Shown: positions 1 to 13,300 of the stretch, piece by piece
Layout of the letters: each line of letters starts with the position of its first letter
Position numbering within the stretch: the stretch's first letter is position 1
Source of the DNA: Klebsormidium nitens
Taxonomy: Eukaryota > Plantae > Klebsormidiophyceae
NCBI GenBank assembly: GCA_000708835.1
Contig: DF237010.1
Location: 117,345 to 181,344 of the forward strand
Length of the DNA: 64,000 bases
Direction: 5' to 3'
The notes under the pieces: model-generated
Databases searched by the model: none
Seen by the model: only the letters and a program-made list of their open reading frames with translations
What the model was told of the DNA's origin: nothing
Position numbers and translations under genes: made by a program

Positions 1-588
1 AGTGCATAGACCAGACTCCGACAGAGTGTATGGGTATTGGGCCTGCGTGGGCTCTGGAACTCTGAATCTGTATACCTAAACGAAAGCGGCGGCAGCAATG
101 ATAGGGTAGCAGGTTAAACAGGATGCACTTAATGCAATGGTCCCTACGTTTTTGCGCTACACATCATACTGAAAGGAGTCTGTCCAGATGTTGTGTCTAG
201 CAGCGTGTTAGATGCATACAAGCGGGACGAATCACTCAAATCTAAGAACGAGCATGTTGACGTGTCACAAGGATTGCCACCGTCCTGAATATCACATCAT
301 ATCATATCGAGCGGTATCATTCCATGATGGTAGGGCGTCGCAGATTGGGATAGTTTGAGCACCGCTCGTGCATGACTTTTAGAGGGTATAGAAGATTCTC
401 AATCTCCGGATGCGAATCAGCCTTAAGGTGCATCGTTGAGATTTCCGCTCAGATGATATGCTCTCAGTGAACCTATGGTGATCTCTTAATGCTGGTTGAA
501 CCTCAGAGAGGTCTACACCAGCTGATCAGCAAAGAATAAGTATCCGTGAGATCAACAACCGCAACTCAGAGCGTTGTTTCTCCTACTT

Positions 589-3500
589 TCAATGCGTAAA
601 ATTGTCTCGGATCACCTTTTTCTGAGCGTCTGTTAGTGAGGGCGGGAAGGCGACTGTAAAGGTCACATAAAGGTCCCCCTTTCTGTTGCTTTCGTAAGCA
701 GGCATCCCCTCTTCTTTAACCTTCCGGACTTCTCCAGGCTTCGTAACTCCCTGCATAGACCAATCATGGACAGACGCTCAGCTCTGGGGCGAAGTCTGCC
801 AGCAGGTGCTTCAAAACAATCGGCACACTTCGCAAACCTGCGCCCCATTTTCGGTGGACGGAGATTGGATGGCATAAGGTGCTGAGGAAACAAGCGGAAA
901 TCACGTTTTTGCCTGCCACAGAGTACCTCAAAAAGGTCTGGGGAGACATACCTTGAACCCAACAGCCACTTTATGCCCGTCCAAATGGGTGATGTCCTTC
1001 TCAAACCCAACCAAGGCATCAACCTGCGAAGTCGGGCACAGCTCGCCAGCGTTGGTCTTAAAGGCGGCCGGAGTCTTTGACAGCAGTCACGAATGACTAT
1101 TGAAAAGAGTCTACGGCAGCCATGTCCCCATATGGAACAGCAGACTATTCAACGAACTCCGAGAGGAGACGTAAGCAGGCAGGTTACTGGTGGCTATCGA
1201 GGATACATAAGCAGCCAGGAATGTTAGCAAACCCGGGAGGAGACAAATGCAGGATCTCACCAGAGAAATTGTGACCTGCATATGGAGGTCGTCTCCTTCT
1301 CGTCGGAACGTCTTGTGCGGTCGAGTTTTAATCAAAAACTGCACGAGGCAGCCCAGAGGATTTCAGAAACAAGAGCACAAAGTTCGACGAGCTTCCCCAG
1401 TCGCTTCCCTGAGAGAGGAAACGAGAAAGAAGAGACTTCTTTGAGAAAAAGAAAAAGAAGTGGGATAACAGTCTTAGTTTGCCATTCCGTCGGAGTCAGC
1501 TCGAAAGCGGTCGGTCTCTCACAATGTCCTCGACGCATCCATGGCTCATCAACGAAGGACGATTACAGGCGACAAGCAGAGAAGGCCTGGGCCTTGGAGA
1601 GATTGACGGGCAGCTGATCATTGCTTGATTGGGGCAATGGACGCCTAGTCAGACGCTGAGACCTCTGTAACAAAACAATTGGACGACATGATTGATCAGT
1701 GGACGCACCTTGAGGTCCCCTGCCTCGCCATCCATGATCGGCTCGCCTTCTTCGAAGAAGACAATCTCCTGCAGAACGACACCGGGGCAGATTAGTCGTC
1801 AAGAGCGCTCGCGTGAGCAACTCGGATCTAGCGGACTGCTGAACAATAACCTTACGAACGAGCTTCAGATTAAACTCTGGAGCCCCGCATTCCCAGCCGG
1901 CCTGTCGAAATCCCGCTTTGACATCTCCCGGCTCACATCCGCTGGCAGCCAAAGCATACATAGTAAGGAAGGGACGCTGCGCACCTGTCCTTCCTTCATT
2001 CCCTTCTCCACGTCCACATTGATGTACTCTCCTTCCCGGTCCAGCTTCACGTTTGGACACTCCTCGCAGGTCTGCAAACAAAGCGGGCTAGGTCAACTAG
2101 ATAACGCTCCGGAAGGAGATCTAATCTCGAAACCAAAACGGATCAAAGAGGCTAATCGAAGATCATACACTCCCACCGAACCTTCCGCTAATAATGGCAT
2201 AAATGCAATTGACAACCACAACATATCTGTTTGATTTCGAAGCAACATGCGCACCGGACCCCCCTTGCTCAACAGCACCACCTACGGCCACTACATACAA
2301 TGGAGGCAACTGCAAAGCGCACCTGTTGGGGGAACTGCTGGAACATGCCCGGCCCGATCTGCTTGGTGATGACCTTGGACTTGCAGTTGCACTTGCGCTT
2401 GCCGGGTGCGGGCTTGTACACCGCCTTCTCGCGGTACACCTTGTACGAGCTGCCCATGTACAGATCCTCCAGCGTGGCCTGCAAATGCACCACCACTGTG
2501 TCGCCCTTCGGAATCTTCTCCTCCTCATCCTCCTGGCCGCCAAAGCCAAAGCCCCCGCCAAAGAATCTGCGCAAGAAGGATAAGGAGTTGGACACTGCGC
2601 AGTAGACTGGGTTCAAGGGTCTGGGACTTGGGATTGGTGCTCGTTGGGATTCAAAAATCGTGAAGTGCTTTGATTGGGTTCGAGGGCCTGAACTTGGGTT
2701 TGGCGCTTGTTGGGACTCAGAAATTGTGAAGTGGTGTAACGGGGTTCATGGGCCTGAACTTGGGATTGACGCTGGTTGACAACAACCGAGGGCGCTTCCA
2801 AAAGACAAGCTCACAACCTGCGGCTTCCGGGGAAAAGTGGTGCCTGCTCGTTTTTTTCCTATGTTTTGTCAAGGCCCAACAAAGTACATGGCCAGATGAC
2901 TGACTCAACCAAGAGTCAGGACTCTCACCCTACATCCAAGCACTTGCCCATAGCCCGCATTGACACCAATCTCTTGGTCGCCAAACCAGACCACCGTAAG
3001 GTCAAAGTACTAATCTTAAACATAGTCTCTAGATGCTGTACACAAAACACAATCCCAAGCCTTTTGGTTCAACTATGGCACTTTCACAGTATCTTGGTTG
3101 CTTTAGGTTGCTTCGAAAGAAGTCGGAAAGTGTGTTGGGCCGTCGACAAGTGTCAATCTCATTCCCCGTATGATGGACAGGAGCTCAACCGCAACATCAT
3201 CAGTGGCATAGTGCACCTGAAAGAGCATCCGGAGTGCGCCTCATTTCAGCAGCTGCTCCGACACTATTTGCACTAGCTTCAACCATGAATTCTCTTCGAC
3301 TCCATGAGCCTAGAAAGAAGCACAAGTTTATTCTGCATCTTTTGATCCAGTGTTTCCAGATGGCCGTTCCTTGTGCGCTACTATCTTGCCAGCTTTCTGT
3401 ACTGAGGAACGTTGAAAGCGAAGGAACCTCCACCCAGACAGGGGAAAAAAAACAGCTGGGATTCGGGACGAGCAAAGAGCTGGGCTTACTGTGAGAAGAT

Positions 3501-4394
3501 GTCATTTGGAAACCCGCCACCTCCTCCACCACCCTGCCCATGCTGCTTCAAGCCCTCCTCTCCATACTTGTCATAGATCTGCTTTTTCTCCTTGTCCGCA
3601 AGCACCTCATAAGCTGCACCACCAAGTCAGTTGACACGTAAAGTGGACGCAGATATAAGTTGCAAAAGGTCAATATTTCCTCGTGTCTGCCCGGGTCGCA
3701 CATCCATCCCATGTTTGCCAGCAAAATGGAAGGGACATATCCTGTAGCAAAGAAACTTCGTGCCAGCCAATCCAAGTACCATGCTGCAGCTCATATAATC
3801 TACAAAGATTCAAGGTATAAATCAGGAATTTCCGTCGACTCCGCTGAGCTTTGCAGATCATACTTGGCTTCCACTGCATCAGCTCACTCGGTACTTTACT
3901 GAAAGATCCTGAGTGGTAACAAAGCCAGATTCCAGACGGTTTGTGGCGATTGCCATGCTCAGACTAGATACTGATGACCAAATTTTCAAAATTACGCTCA
4001 CCGTGCCCAATTTCCTGGAACTTTTTGTGTGCTTCTTCGGTTGGGTTCTTGTCGGGATGGTACTTGAGGGCTAGTTTTCGATAGGCGCTCTTGATCTGGG
4101 CATCGGATGCGTGCTTCGAAACTTGTAGGGTGTCATAGTAATTCCGCCTGCAGTATCAGGTGTTAGGGTTTCGATTTGCTTTCGAAACTTGAGTGGACGT
4201 ACTACCACCAACTGAAAGGACCTTGATTGATCTACAAGCAGGCCCACTCATCAAAAAAATCCAAGAAGCATCGATCAGCTCCGACAAGCTGTGCGTGGTA
4301 GAAGGCAGAAAGATCGAGCTCACCCTGCATAAACCTCATTTGCGAGAAGCAGCAAACACGCAAGCGCTGCAAGCGAAGCTCTGATGAGGTGCAT
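589..4394 (-). CDS. ERDJ3B: ER-lumenal DnaJ/Hsp40 co-chaperone, ERdj3B/DNAJB11-like (~347 aa, 9 exons)
   Basis: Exons 4324-4394, 4002-4147, 3490-3613, 2323-2566, 1985-2071, 1709-1768, 1261-1338, 952-1023, 589-750; all GT-AG and phase-consistent. Signal peptide [24 protein letters not shown]; J-domain RNYYDTLQV...YHPDKNP; G/F region; CNC..CEECPNV and [19 protein letters not shown] typical of ERdj3B. Confidence 0.93.
2609..2778. repeat. Degenerate intronic tandem repeat, ~67-bp unit, ~2.5 copies
   Basis: gggttcaagggtctgggacttgggattgg (2609), gggttcgagggcctgaacttgggtttgg (2676), gggttcatgggcctgaacttgggattg (2742), just upstream of the DnaJ exon-4 acceptor. Confidence 0.8.
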
Positions 4395-6461
4395 TATGCC
4401 AGCCCCACAGACGCAGATCTGCACCCCAGCGGACCGCGTTTCTGAGATGAATTTGACAATAGCACCAGCGAGAGGCTGCGTAAGACGTCTACTCAAGAGT
4501 CAGGCACTAACAGGTGTGAAGGTATCAGCAATCAGGATTGATCGTGCCAATGAATCAGATATAGACGGGGATTCGATCAGAGCGCTGCGCCAGGTTTCTT
4601 CTGCCCTCCTTGAAGTTGAAGTCTCTGCTTCCGTCATGGACATTCAGTGATGCAAGTAGTACATAGCACTGCACTTGGAAAGTGTTAATAGGCTAGTGTA
4701 CCAGGCCGTCGTTCTCTACCTCAATTTTTTTGACAGATGACCCGGGCAGTCCGGGCGGTCTGACAGCCATAAATGCTACCCTTCGATACTATTTTGGGTT
4801 CCCGGTACATGGGCGGCTATGGTTAGGGTAGCCAGGTCGAGGCTTAAACCGTCGGGAAAGCAAAGAGTCCCCGGGGAAGGACAGAACAAAGACCTAACCC
4901 GGCGAGTTTACGCGCTTGGCACCCCTACACATTAGAAACCACCAACCTAACCCTACCCTTACCCCGGGCTTCTGACCTTTTTCTAACCAACCGCGGCCGC
5001 CACCGTCCGGGAAGAAGTGAGCCGTCGATATCCTTTCAGAACGCCACGCGGCGGCCGCTGCATTGCGCGTGAGCTCATCAGAGATGGAATGTTTGTGCCA
5101 GTCGTGACACTCGTGGGAGTCCAAACACACAGCTGACAACGGCCTGTTAACACTTTCCAAGTGCAGTGCTTTGACCTTTTTGCTTCAGTGATACACCCAG
5201 CTGCAACCGCTGTACGTGCTGCAATCAGTGCAAAAGCGCTACCCTTAGTGGGTTCTGGCGCCCTGCCAGAAACAGCAAAGGTACGAAAACTTCTTGTCCT
5301 CCTTCCCTGATACCGTGATACGAGCCAGTACGCCAACTCACAAATCACGGCGCACTTTCTGAATCTAAGCTTAGCCAGTAACCCTAATCTCCGGTCCCTT
5401 CACATTTGTCCGTCCGATGTGCTACAACCCGCATATCTTGCGGTCGAAACTTTTCCAAAGTGGATGGGTGTCCCATGACCTGCAGGCTCTAATCCTCGCC
5501 ATTGGCCATGTCACGGAACCCCAATGAATCATGATTCTGATTGGATGTGCTGCGGTGGCAACAAACTCGAAGTTCTTCACTTTCTTCCACTGCTCTAGCC
5601 TCTACTCTCGAGGATACCTAGTGCTTGAAGAGTAAGTGCAGTCGTGTGGGAGTTGTGTGGTGGTGTGCCCTGGCCGCCTGGCAGGGCGCCTTCGAGATTC
5701 ATAGTCGCAATTGCATCGTAGCGGGCTCCACCTTCGAAGTAGCCACTGAATGTTGGATTTGAAAGTATCCAAGAAAAACCAACAAGGTAGAATTCTCGTG
5801 CAACGGTTCACATTGACGTCCTGGCCTCCTGGTGCTCAGAAGGTTGCCTTGAGCGAGCGGGAACAATCCAGACCTATTTACCAAGGGCGGCCTGACATTT
5901 CTGGCCGCGCTCGCGTCAGCATTTCTGTCTTACCAGCTGGTAAGAGCTACTTGCAGTTGGTATAAGAAAAGGTTGTTTTCTTAAACGCAAGACAGAACAA
6001 AGGGGGCTTCTCTCAATACTTTGTGTTTGCAGTAGGCAAGCTGCAGTGGTACAGACAGAGCATATATAGTGTAGGCAAAGCTATTCCAAGAAACATCATA
6101 GAAGAAGATGGATTGCTGAACATCAATTCCTTGAAAGCATATTGTCTAGGAGCTCAAACAACGTGGTTGGTGCACAGGGATTTGTTTGGTAGCGTGATTG
6201 CGTGGGGCGTACTTTTGAAGCGCTGGGGGCTGACCCCAAGACATAACGCAAGCTTGCCCCCCTGCTGACCTGAGAGTAACAGTAAGTGCTTACACACCGG
6301 ACAAACGCGCTTGCTGTTCCAACATTCACGGGAGTGGACGGCTGGTGAGGTGGGTGGCAAGGGGAGGGGCGATGCCGCTGTTGCGCACAGTCCAGGCACC
6401 CCTATGCCACCTCCATTGCTCTTTCTAGGGTGGCAATTGCTTGTGTAGAGTAGACGACTTC

Positions 6462-8592
6462 ATGGAGAGCTCAAAATCTGGAGCGGGTGACCCAACATTG
6501 CGCAACGGAGACTCTGGCACTCCCCCGGCCCCTGCCCTGCCCCCGCGGTTGCAGGCCAAGGATAACAGCCTCAGCCGGGCTGACTCCTTCCAGAGCAAAG
6601 ATGGAAGTTCGGGGGAGTCAAAATCGAAAAGCCACAGCGAAGCAGAGCGACGACGAAGGGAAAGGATAAACGCCCACCTGGGAACACTACGAAATCTGCT
6701 GCCACACCCAACCAAGGTGAGCGTCGAGTACCTGAAATATCCAGCAATTGAAGCCCCAGGCATTTTGAGCAAATTGCAAGCGGTCTCTTAATCCTTCTGC
6801 TTTCTGGAAGCAGAGTGAATCCCCTGTGGGGTATCAGCGTGTTTGTTCATGAGGAATAAAGAACCAATTTGTCTTTGAGTATGCTTGCCTTCTACCAAGG
6901 TTCCTTTCAAGGGGCAAACACGTTTGGTAGTTTACAATGTTTTTCTATAGCTCTTGGGATGACCTCAACCTGAGACAATGATTTCTCCCTGCCTAAGCTC
7001 CCCGCAGAAAATCACGGGCCGGTAATCTATTCCAACACACTTCATAGATATTTCTTTAAGGCCAACTTTGCAATATCACAATTCTTCGCCACGCACTGTG
7101 GATTCCATTTGTGGATTCCATGCTTTTCAATTCTGAAGCATTGTACAGGCCTCCATTGGTTACGTTGTTCAGAGTTCTGTGCATCTTTCCAACTTACTTG
7201 TGCCCCCATGGTTTCACACTGTTTTTTGCAGGCCCCAGGTGCAGCTTGACTAAGTCACCTGAGAAACTCGCCAACACTTCAGAAGCTCGTCTCTTTTCGT
7301 GTCTTCGGTGGGATCCCTCTCCCAACTTCTTGGGACTTGTTTTTTACTGCTCCTCTTTGTTTACTCACACATCGAGGTCCAAATTCAATCCCACATGTTC
7401 GTGGAAAGCTTCAGCATGCACTATCTCTAACGATCACACCTTTTGCTATGGCCAGGCTGATAAAGCGTCCCTGTTGGGCGAGGTGATTGACCACGTGAAG
7501 GAGCTGCAGCGGCAGGCGGACGAAGTTGCGGGGGAGGGGGTGCCGTCCGGTGGGGACAAGGTTCTCGTGACGCTGGATGAGCAAGAAGGGGCGCAGGTGC
7601 TGAAAGTGGCCATGTCCTGCGAGGACCGGCCAGAGTTGCTCACTGAGGTTGTGAAAGCAATACAGAGGTGAGGGCAGCAGAGAGATTGTGAGCACCCTTC
7701 TGTAGTGATCTTTGTCAGAAAACGTATGTTTAGGGCGTTTTGAGTGCATTCTGAGGTTTGGGGCCCACTCAGATGAAGGTGAGGTTTGGCTGTAAGCAGT
7801 GAAAATGAACATACCAGCAACTCATACGAGCTGCTCGCAGTATTCCAAATTCCCTAAAGGTAAGAAACCAGTTTGGTAAGTTCTACAAGCATCAAAAGAG
7901 CGCAGTCTATTCCGTACCACTGGAAATTGGCGATAGGACAGATGACGAGAAGAAGATTTGAATCTGTCCAACGACTTTCCAATTTGAAGTTCAGTTTACG
8001 CTCTGTCTGACATCCAGAGAGTAAGTTCAGGGCAATTTTCACAGTCACTTGATTTCAATATTCGATTCAGGAGTTTAGAATAGCAGACTTTTAGTTCTAA
8101 ATCCTTGCTGAGTCTATCTCTGCGCTGAACTTGGAGATTCGCAGGCCCTTAGACAATTGAATCTGGACTGATTACTGTTGCTTTGCAAGGCTACAAACCT
8201 TTCCATTGCCCGTCGGTTTTACCCTTTGCATCTCAAACTCCAATTCATTTCATTTCAGCTCCTTCCTGTGTTACTATATTTAAATGCAGTGTCTCCTTTG
8301 AGTACTTTGACGCTTTAGAGCGATTGTGTTGAAGGAAGTTTCGTGAGGTGGCAGGTGTAAACTTCGGACGCTGCGAGCAGAGATGACCACCCTTGGGGGG
8401 CGCGTCCGCCTCGACTTGCTCCTCGGCAGCGAAGAGGAGTCCAAGGAACAGAAGCTGCCGAAGGACGTCTGCAAGGCCGTCCGGGACGCGCTGACGGCTG
8501 TCATAGAAAGGAACGCGTCGTTGTCGAACCCGAACTGGCCCGAGAGTAAACGGCAAAAGACGGGGAACGGACAAACAGTGACCGCCTCGTGA
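6462..8592 (+). CDS. bHLH transcription factor with ACT-like C-terminal domain, TMO5/bHLH30-32 (subfamily Vb)-like (~234 aa, 3 exons)
   Basis: Exons 6462-6716, 7456-7667, 8355-8592. HSEAERRRRERINAHLGTLRNLLPHPTK|ADKASLLGEVIDHVKELQ; ACT-like MSCEDRPELLTEVVKAIQ..LRTLRAEMTTLGGRV. Confidence 0.88.
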
Positions 8593-10389
8593 GCGGCTGC
8601 CTTTTGCTGGGAACAAGTTGAGTCAAGTCGATAGGTAAGATTTTTGGAAGAGGCGTCTATTTAGAGGACCCCCATTTATCAGCTGCCCGCCTACCACATG
8701 GGAGGTTATTGGTCGTTCAAGGAGCGGGCTTGGTGATTCATTGCTGAGCTGTCCAGGCGTTTGTGGCGCTTTCCTATGCTTAGGAGACGGAGGAACTAAC
8801 CTCTACCGGCCACGAACTAGTGTTGCTGCCAGAAGGTGCCTGCGCAGCGCCACAAGATTAATTAGTCGCAGATCATACAGGGGTGTAGCCTGAAGTGCAA
8901 CAACAAGTTGGTAGGAGAAGGGTCTGAAGCGTCACCATTCCGGGCGCACTCTGCTTGGAAAGTTGACGTAAGTTGCAAATTCTACATGTCTAGCAAATCA
9001 GGCTTTGGTTAGGATCGTTCGTGAGGGCGACAGTTTGCGGCAGTCTGTGAGTTGCAGAATACTCTCAAGATAATTGATCATGTTGATTTCTTAGAGAGTG
9101 CGTACGTTGGGTTGATTTCGTTATTGTGTGGCCAAGCGTAAGTTTGGACGTATTAACGCTACTTTTGCCAGCGGTGCATGAACAACTTTGTTGACGAATT
9201 TTCAGCTCGCTCGAATTGAGTGCACAATGGATGCACATGTGCGGAAGTGAAAGTCTACTGTCGCTTTAGAATCCCTTGTGCATGTGCTGCCAAAGAATGG
9301 GTTGCATGCAACTGCTGCTTAGTGGCCCCCGAGTGCATTCAGCAATTCACTCGGCCGCCATGTTTATAATCATATGACATAGATATATTAAGGACGCGCA
9401 TGGCAATCATCCTGATCATGTTGCTGCATGCATTGGTATTATAAGGATATATAGTCCGTCGGAGGTATCGATCACTTCCAATCTTACATTCCATCGAAGC
9501 ATGCACTTGGCAACTATAAGAAGGCATGTCGCGAGTAACCTTCACAAATGACAGCATTGTTCTACATCCGTGACGCGCGTTCCTATAAGCGTACATGTAC
9601 TGGTTAGCTACCTAGCAACATGAAACTCAAGCAAGTTCGCATGGACCACTGCACCGCCCGCATACACTACCTCCCCCACTCAGACTAGGTTGTGCACTGC
9701 AGCCCGCCGCCCCGAGCTATAATTGAGCCACACACGTATCGCATGGCACATGCTTTGGTGCGCCAGTATTGTAAGAGGGTATTTGACTACGTATGCACTG
9801 TTGAGCTGCTCATCGCACTGCTCTCACATCTAGCTCACATCTCCCATCTTTCATCATCTCAAGCCTCAAACTCCAGAGTCGTACCTAGAAATTAGAATTT
9901 CGTATGACGGTTGACCGTCCTATTAAAGGATAGTGAAGAATCTACTAGAATCTAGACGGGTCTCACAAATGGCCCAGATGTAATTTTTGATTGCCGACGA
10001 ATGACCGTCCAATACAACGATAAGATCTCATCCGACGGTTTCAATCAAGACATAGTCAGGTCGATCCGATCCAAATCCCAACATTCGCCGTCGGGTTTAC
10101 CGTCGTTCAAATCCTGATTCCTGAAGTTGTGCCCTCATTGGCAGTCATTGCTCAAGCCTCAAGGCCAAGGCGGACAGACTGAGATACCAACCAACGGGCA
10201 GTCTTGGCCAGGTGCAAATGCCAAGCACCTTGAGGCAAATGCGCAGCAGATCACATGGGGGACCTCTTGGAAGACAGGGTGGGGCGGCAGTGGATGCACA
10301 CGATGCCCTAAACCACGGCATCTTGTGTAGGGCCTAAATTCGATGGTCATTGGAGACAAGTACTGCCTTAACTCTTTTCGGTAGACAGG

Positions 10390-13300
10390 ATGGGTAGTGA
10401 CAAGACGCGCCCCACAAGCGCAGGGACAATGAGACCTGCGGATTCTGAAGTTGACTCTCAAAGGAGCGGCAAGAGCAATCCTGGAAAAAGGAAGCGGAAC
10501 GACTGGTCAGCGGCGAGCCAAGGCACGAAGCCGATCACCAGCTTCTTTGGGGGCCCTGCAAGAAACAATGGCGCACCGGGCCCTGAATCTTCATCAGCAG
10601 CAGGCAAAGTCTCAGCAGGAGCAGGGACCGGGACTTCTGAGAATGCAGGTGCAGAAGCGTCTGGCCAAGAGTCTGAGCAGCTGCTGGGAGGCAAGAGCAG
10701 AGCTGCATCCCCCCATGGCAAAGTGAAGGAGGAAAGTGGGAGGGGTTCAGGTGCCAAGGCCATAAGTAAGGTGGGGAGGGGCCCCAAGCTCCTGCCTGGC
10801 CAGATGCGGCTCTCAGTTGCACACAGGCTCCCATTCGTGCCCCCCCGCAGAATTGCTGGTGGGGCTCCGGAGAGTGCCACGAATGCAGACCTCCACTGGA
10901 ACCTGCAGCGTCCGCCACCTGCCCCAAAAGAGGCAGGTCCGCCAGCCACTGAGGGTGCGCAAGGTGCCACCATCCCGACTGCCGAACAAGATGGAGATGC
11001 TGCGCAGGCAGGGGCGAAAAGCGTAAGGAGAGAGAGTAAGGAAAAGGAGGAGGGGGGTGGTGGAAAGAGAGTCAAATGTGCGACCACATATCAAGCTGTC
11101 GGGGGCTTCGCCACAGGACACGTCCAGACTGTCCGAACGTCCTTCGACCTGTCCGACCATTTTGAACAGGCCGATGATGCTGAGGGCAGCAGCTTCATGG
11201 CGGCCAATGTGCGCCGAGGGCTTGAAAACCTGAGCGGCCGAACGGGGGGGATGCCGCTAGTTGAAGAGGAGCCTGTAGAAGCAGGGCAGGCACCCCCCCG
11301 GAGAACTGATGCTGCAGAGGCAGGGCCTAGCAACTGGCAGGCATTGGGAGCTCAAAGTAGATCAGATGGTCCAGCTGAGATCAACGGGGGAAGAGTTGGT
11401 GAACAAGCGGGGGGGGTGAGCGGTATGGTGCAGGGGGGAAATATGGGGGAAGGAGTTCCACGGGAGCCTCGGCCAGCACCGCCTGTGCTCAGTGAGGAGC
11501 AGCGCAGGGCTGCGACAAGTGCTTTCAACACACCGCTCATGATCATTGCAGGTATATTTGCGCCTGCTATCGTTTACCTGAATTAAGGACACTTCTGGGG
11601 TTTTAAAGGTTTAGGGTTTTGGGGGTGTGCCTTTTCTTTACATGTGAGTGGACAAATGGCCTCTAATGGTTGCTTGTGGGACCATCAGAGGCTTGTCACT
11701 GCATTCTCCTGGCACGAGTAGAAGCTGTTGAATGCTGAGTTCCCCTAGTGCGCGAGGTCAGGACAATCAAATCATTGTCTCGTGTTCCATTTGGCAGTTG
11801 ACGTGCTTTTGAAGCCAGCTCTCAACTAGGTCCACCAAGGTTGCACGTTGCTTCCTCTCTTGGCTTTGTCTCACCAATCATGCAGTTTCTGTCAAAGCTA
11901 CTCTGTTAAAGGAATGGTTTTGATTAGAGCATGGGAAAGCGGCTCTATGCTTGATCACTTTAATCAACCAGGATGCAAGCCTCGGTTTGTGTTTTGCAGG
12001 GGCCGGAACCGGCAAAACACAGACGATGGCAGTGCGTGTCGTGGAGATGATTCGCCAGGGCATACCGCCAGGAAACATCCTTGCCTTGTCCTTTACTAAC
12101 AAAGCAGCAGCGGAGCTCGAGGAGCGCATTGGAAGGATATACTGGGGTTCCCGGGCGCAGGACAAACCCCCGGTAGACTTGAGCAAACTCACAGTGTCGA
12201 CCTTTCACTCCCTTGGTAAGTGAATCAGATTCTGATGCTAAGTCCTAAATTTTTCCAGGCAAAAGGAGGATGGATTATGCTCAAGGGCCTCTCCCCACAT
12301 TTGCCTGCATGGCAGAGAACAGCACCCTCTAGCCTGTGGTCACAGCTCTTGTGCCATCCTCGTTACAAACCTCTGGTACTCCTAAGGGCTCTATCCTGAG
12401 GTGGTCTTTTTACTCGTCCCTGCTTTCTCTCCCATACAGAATCCCGCCTTGATTCGATGAATCAACTTGTGTGGGCAAACCTAGTCAGAGCCGAGTAATT
12501 ACTGCTTGGCTCAGCGCTGTCATCACAGAGCAGTCAAACCCCAGGAAAAGTGCGCCGTCAACGTCAAACCACTGCCTCATGCGTTCATCTTCTCGTTTCC
12601 ATCTTCGCAGCAGTCCCTATCTTGTGTTGAACGGTCGCGCTGTATTTCTGCAGGCCTGCGGTGGGTGCGCATCTTCCACCGCGCGCTCGGCTTTGAGAAG
12701 ATGCCGGCGGTCTACGAGAAGCGGCAAAAGGAGTTTACGGTGGCCCAGTGCCTCGAGCAATACAAACGAGATGAAGACCGCAAGAAGGCGTGCGGTTACC
12801 TTAAAATGCGTGGAGACGCACCCTGGCAGCGCATCTTCGACAAGTGGAGAGAGGTCAGTTCTGGGCTTGTGTATCTAATTCTGCTTAGCCGCTGACTGCC
12901 CGATATGCGACCAGCTTATTGGAAGCTGGAGGGTCTGATGCCAGAGCGTCTGGTTGCCGGTTCGTCGGTTGTCCCCCTGGGAGCTCGGTTGTTTTGCAAA
13001 CAATTGCAACTGTCCACATGCATCCGGCTCGGCCTGCTTCTAATGTTGATACAGCAGCAGCCGGCTGACTCCACCACTTAATAGAGTGTTCCCGCATGCA
13101 GACTTCCCCCGACAGCTACCGCCAGTGCGAAGACGCCGTGCGCAAGAAGCTCGAGGAGAACAGGCGGAAACGGAAGAAGAAGCAGGACACCGAGGCGAAA
13201 CAGAAACAAAAAGTAGCTCGCACAGACGAGGGCGGAAGCGGCAGGGGCAGGGGCAGAGGCAGAGGGGGCCGCGGCAGGGGGGGTGCTGGGGGGAGGGGGC

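Noticed and set aside
5491-5545. Possible UPR/ERSE element upstream of the ER DnaJ gene (ATTGGCCATGTCAC; CCAAT-gaatcatgattc-ATTGG)
   Set aside because: Spacing and sequence do not match CCAAT-N9-CCACG or ATTGG-N-CCACG, and the TSS is unknown.
11600-11630. Telomere-like TTTAGGG / AAACCCTAA words here and in other introns
   Set aside because: Single telo-box-like units only; no interstitial telomeric array.
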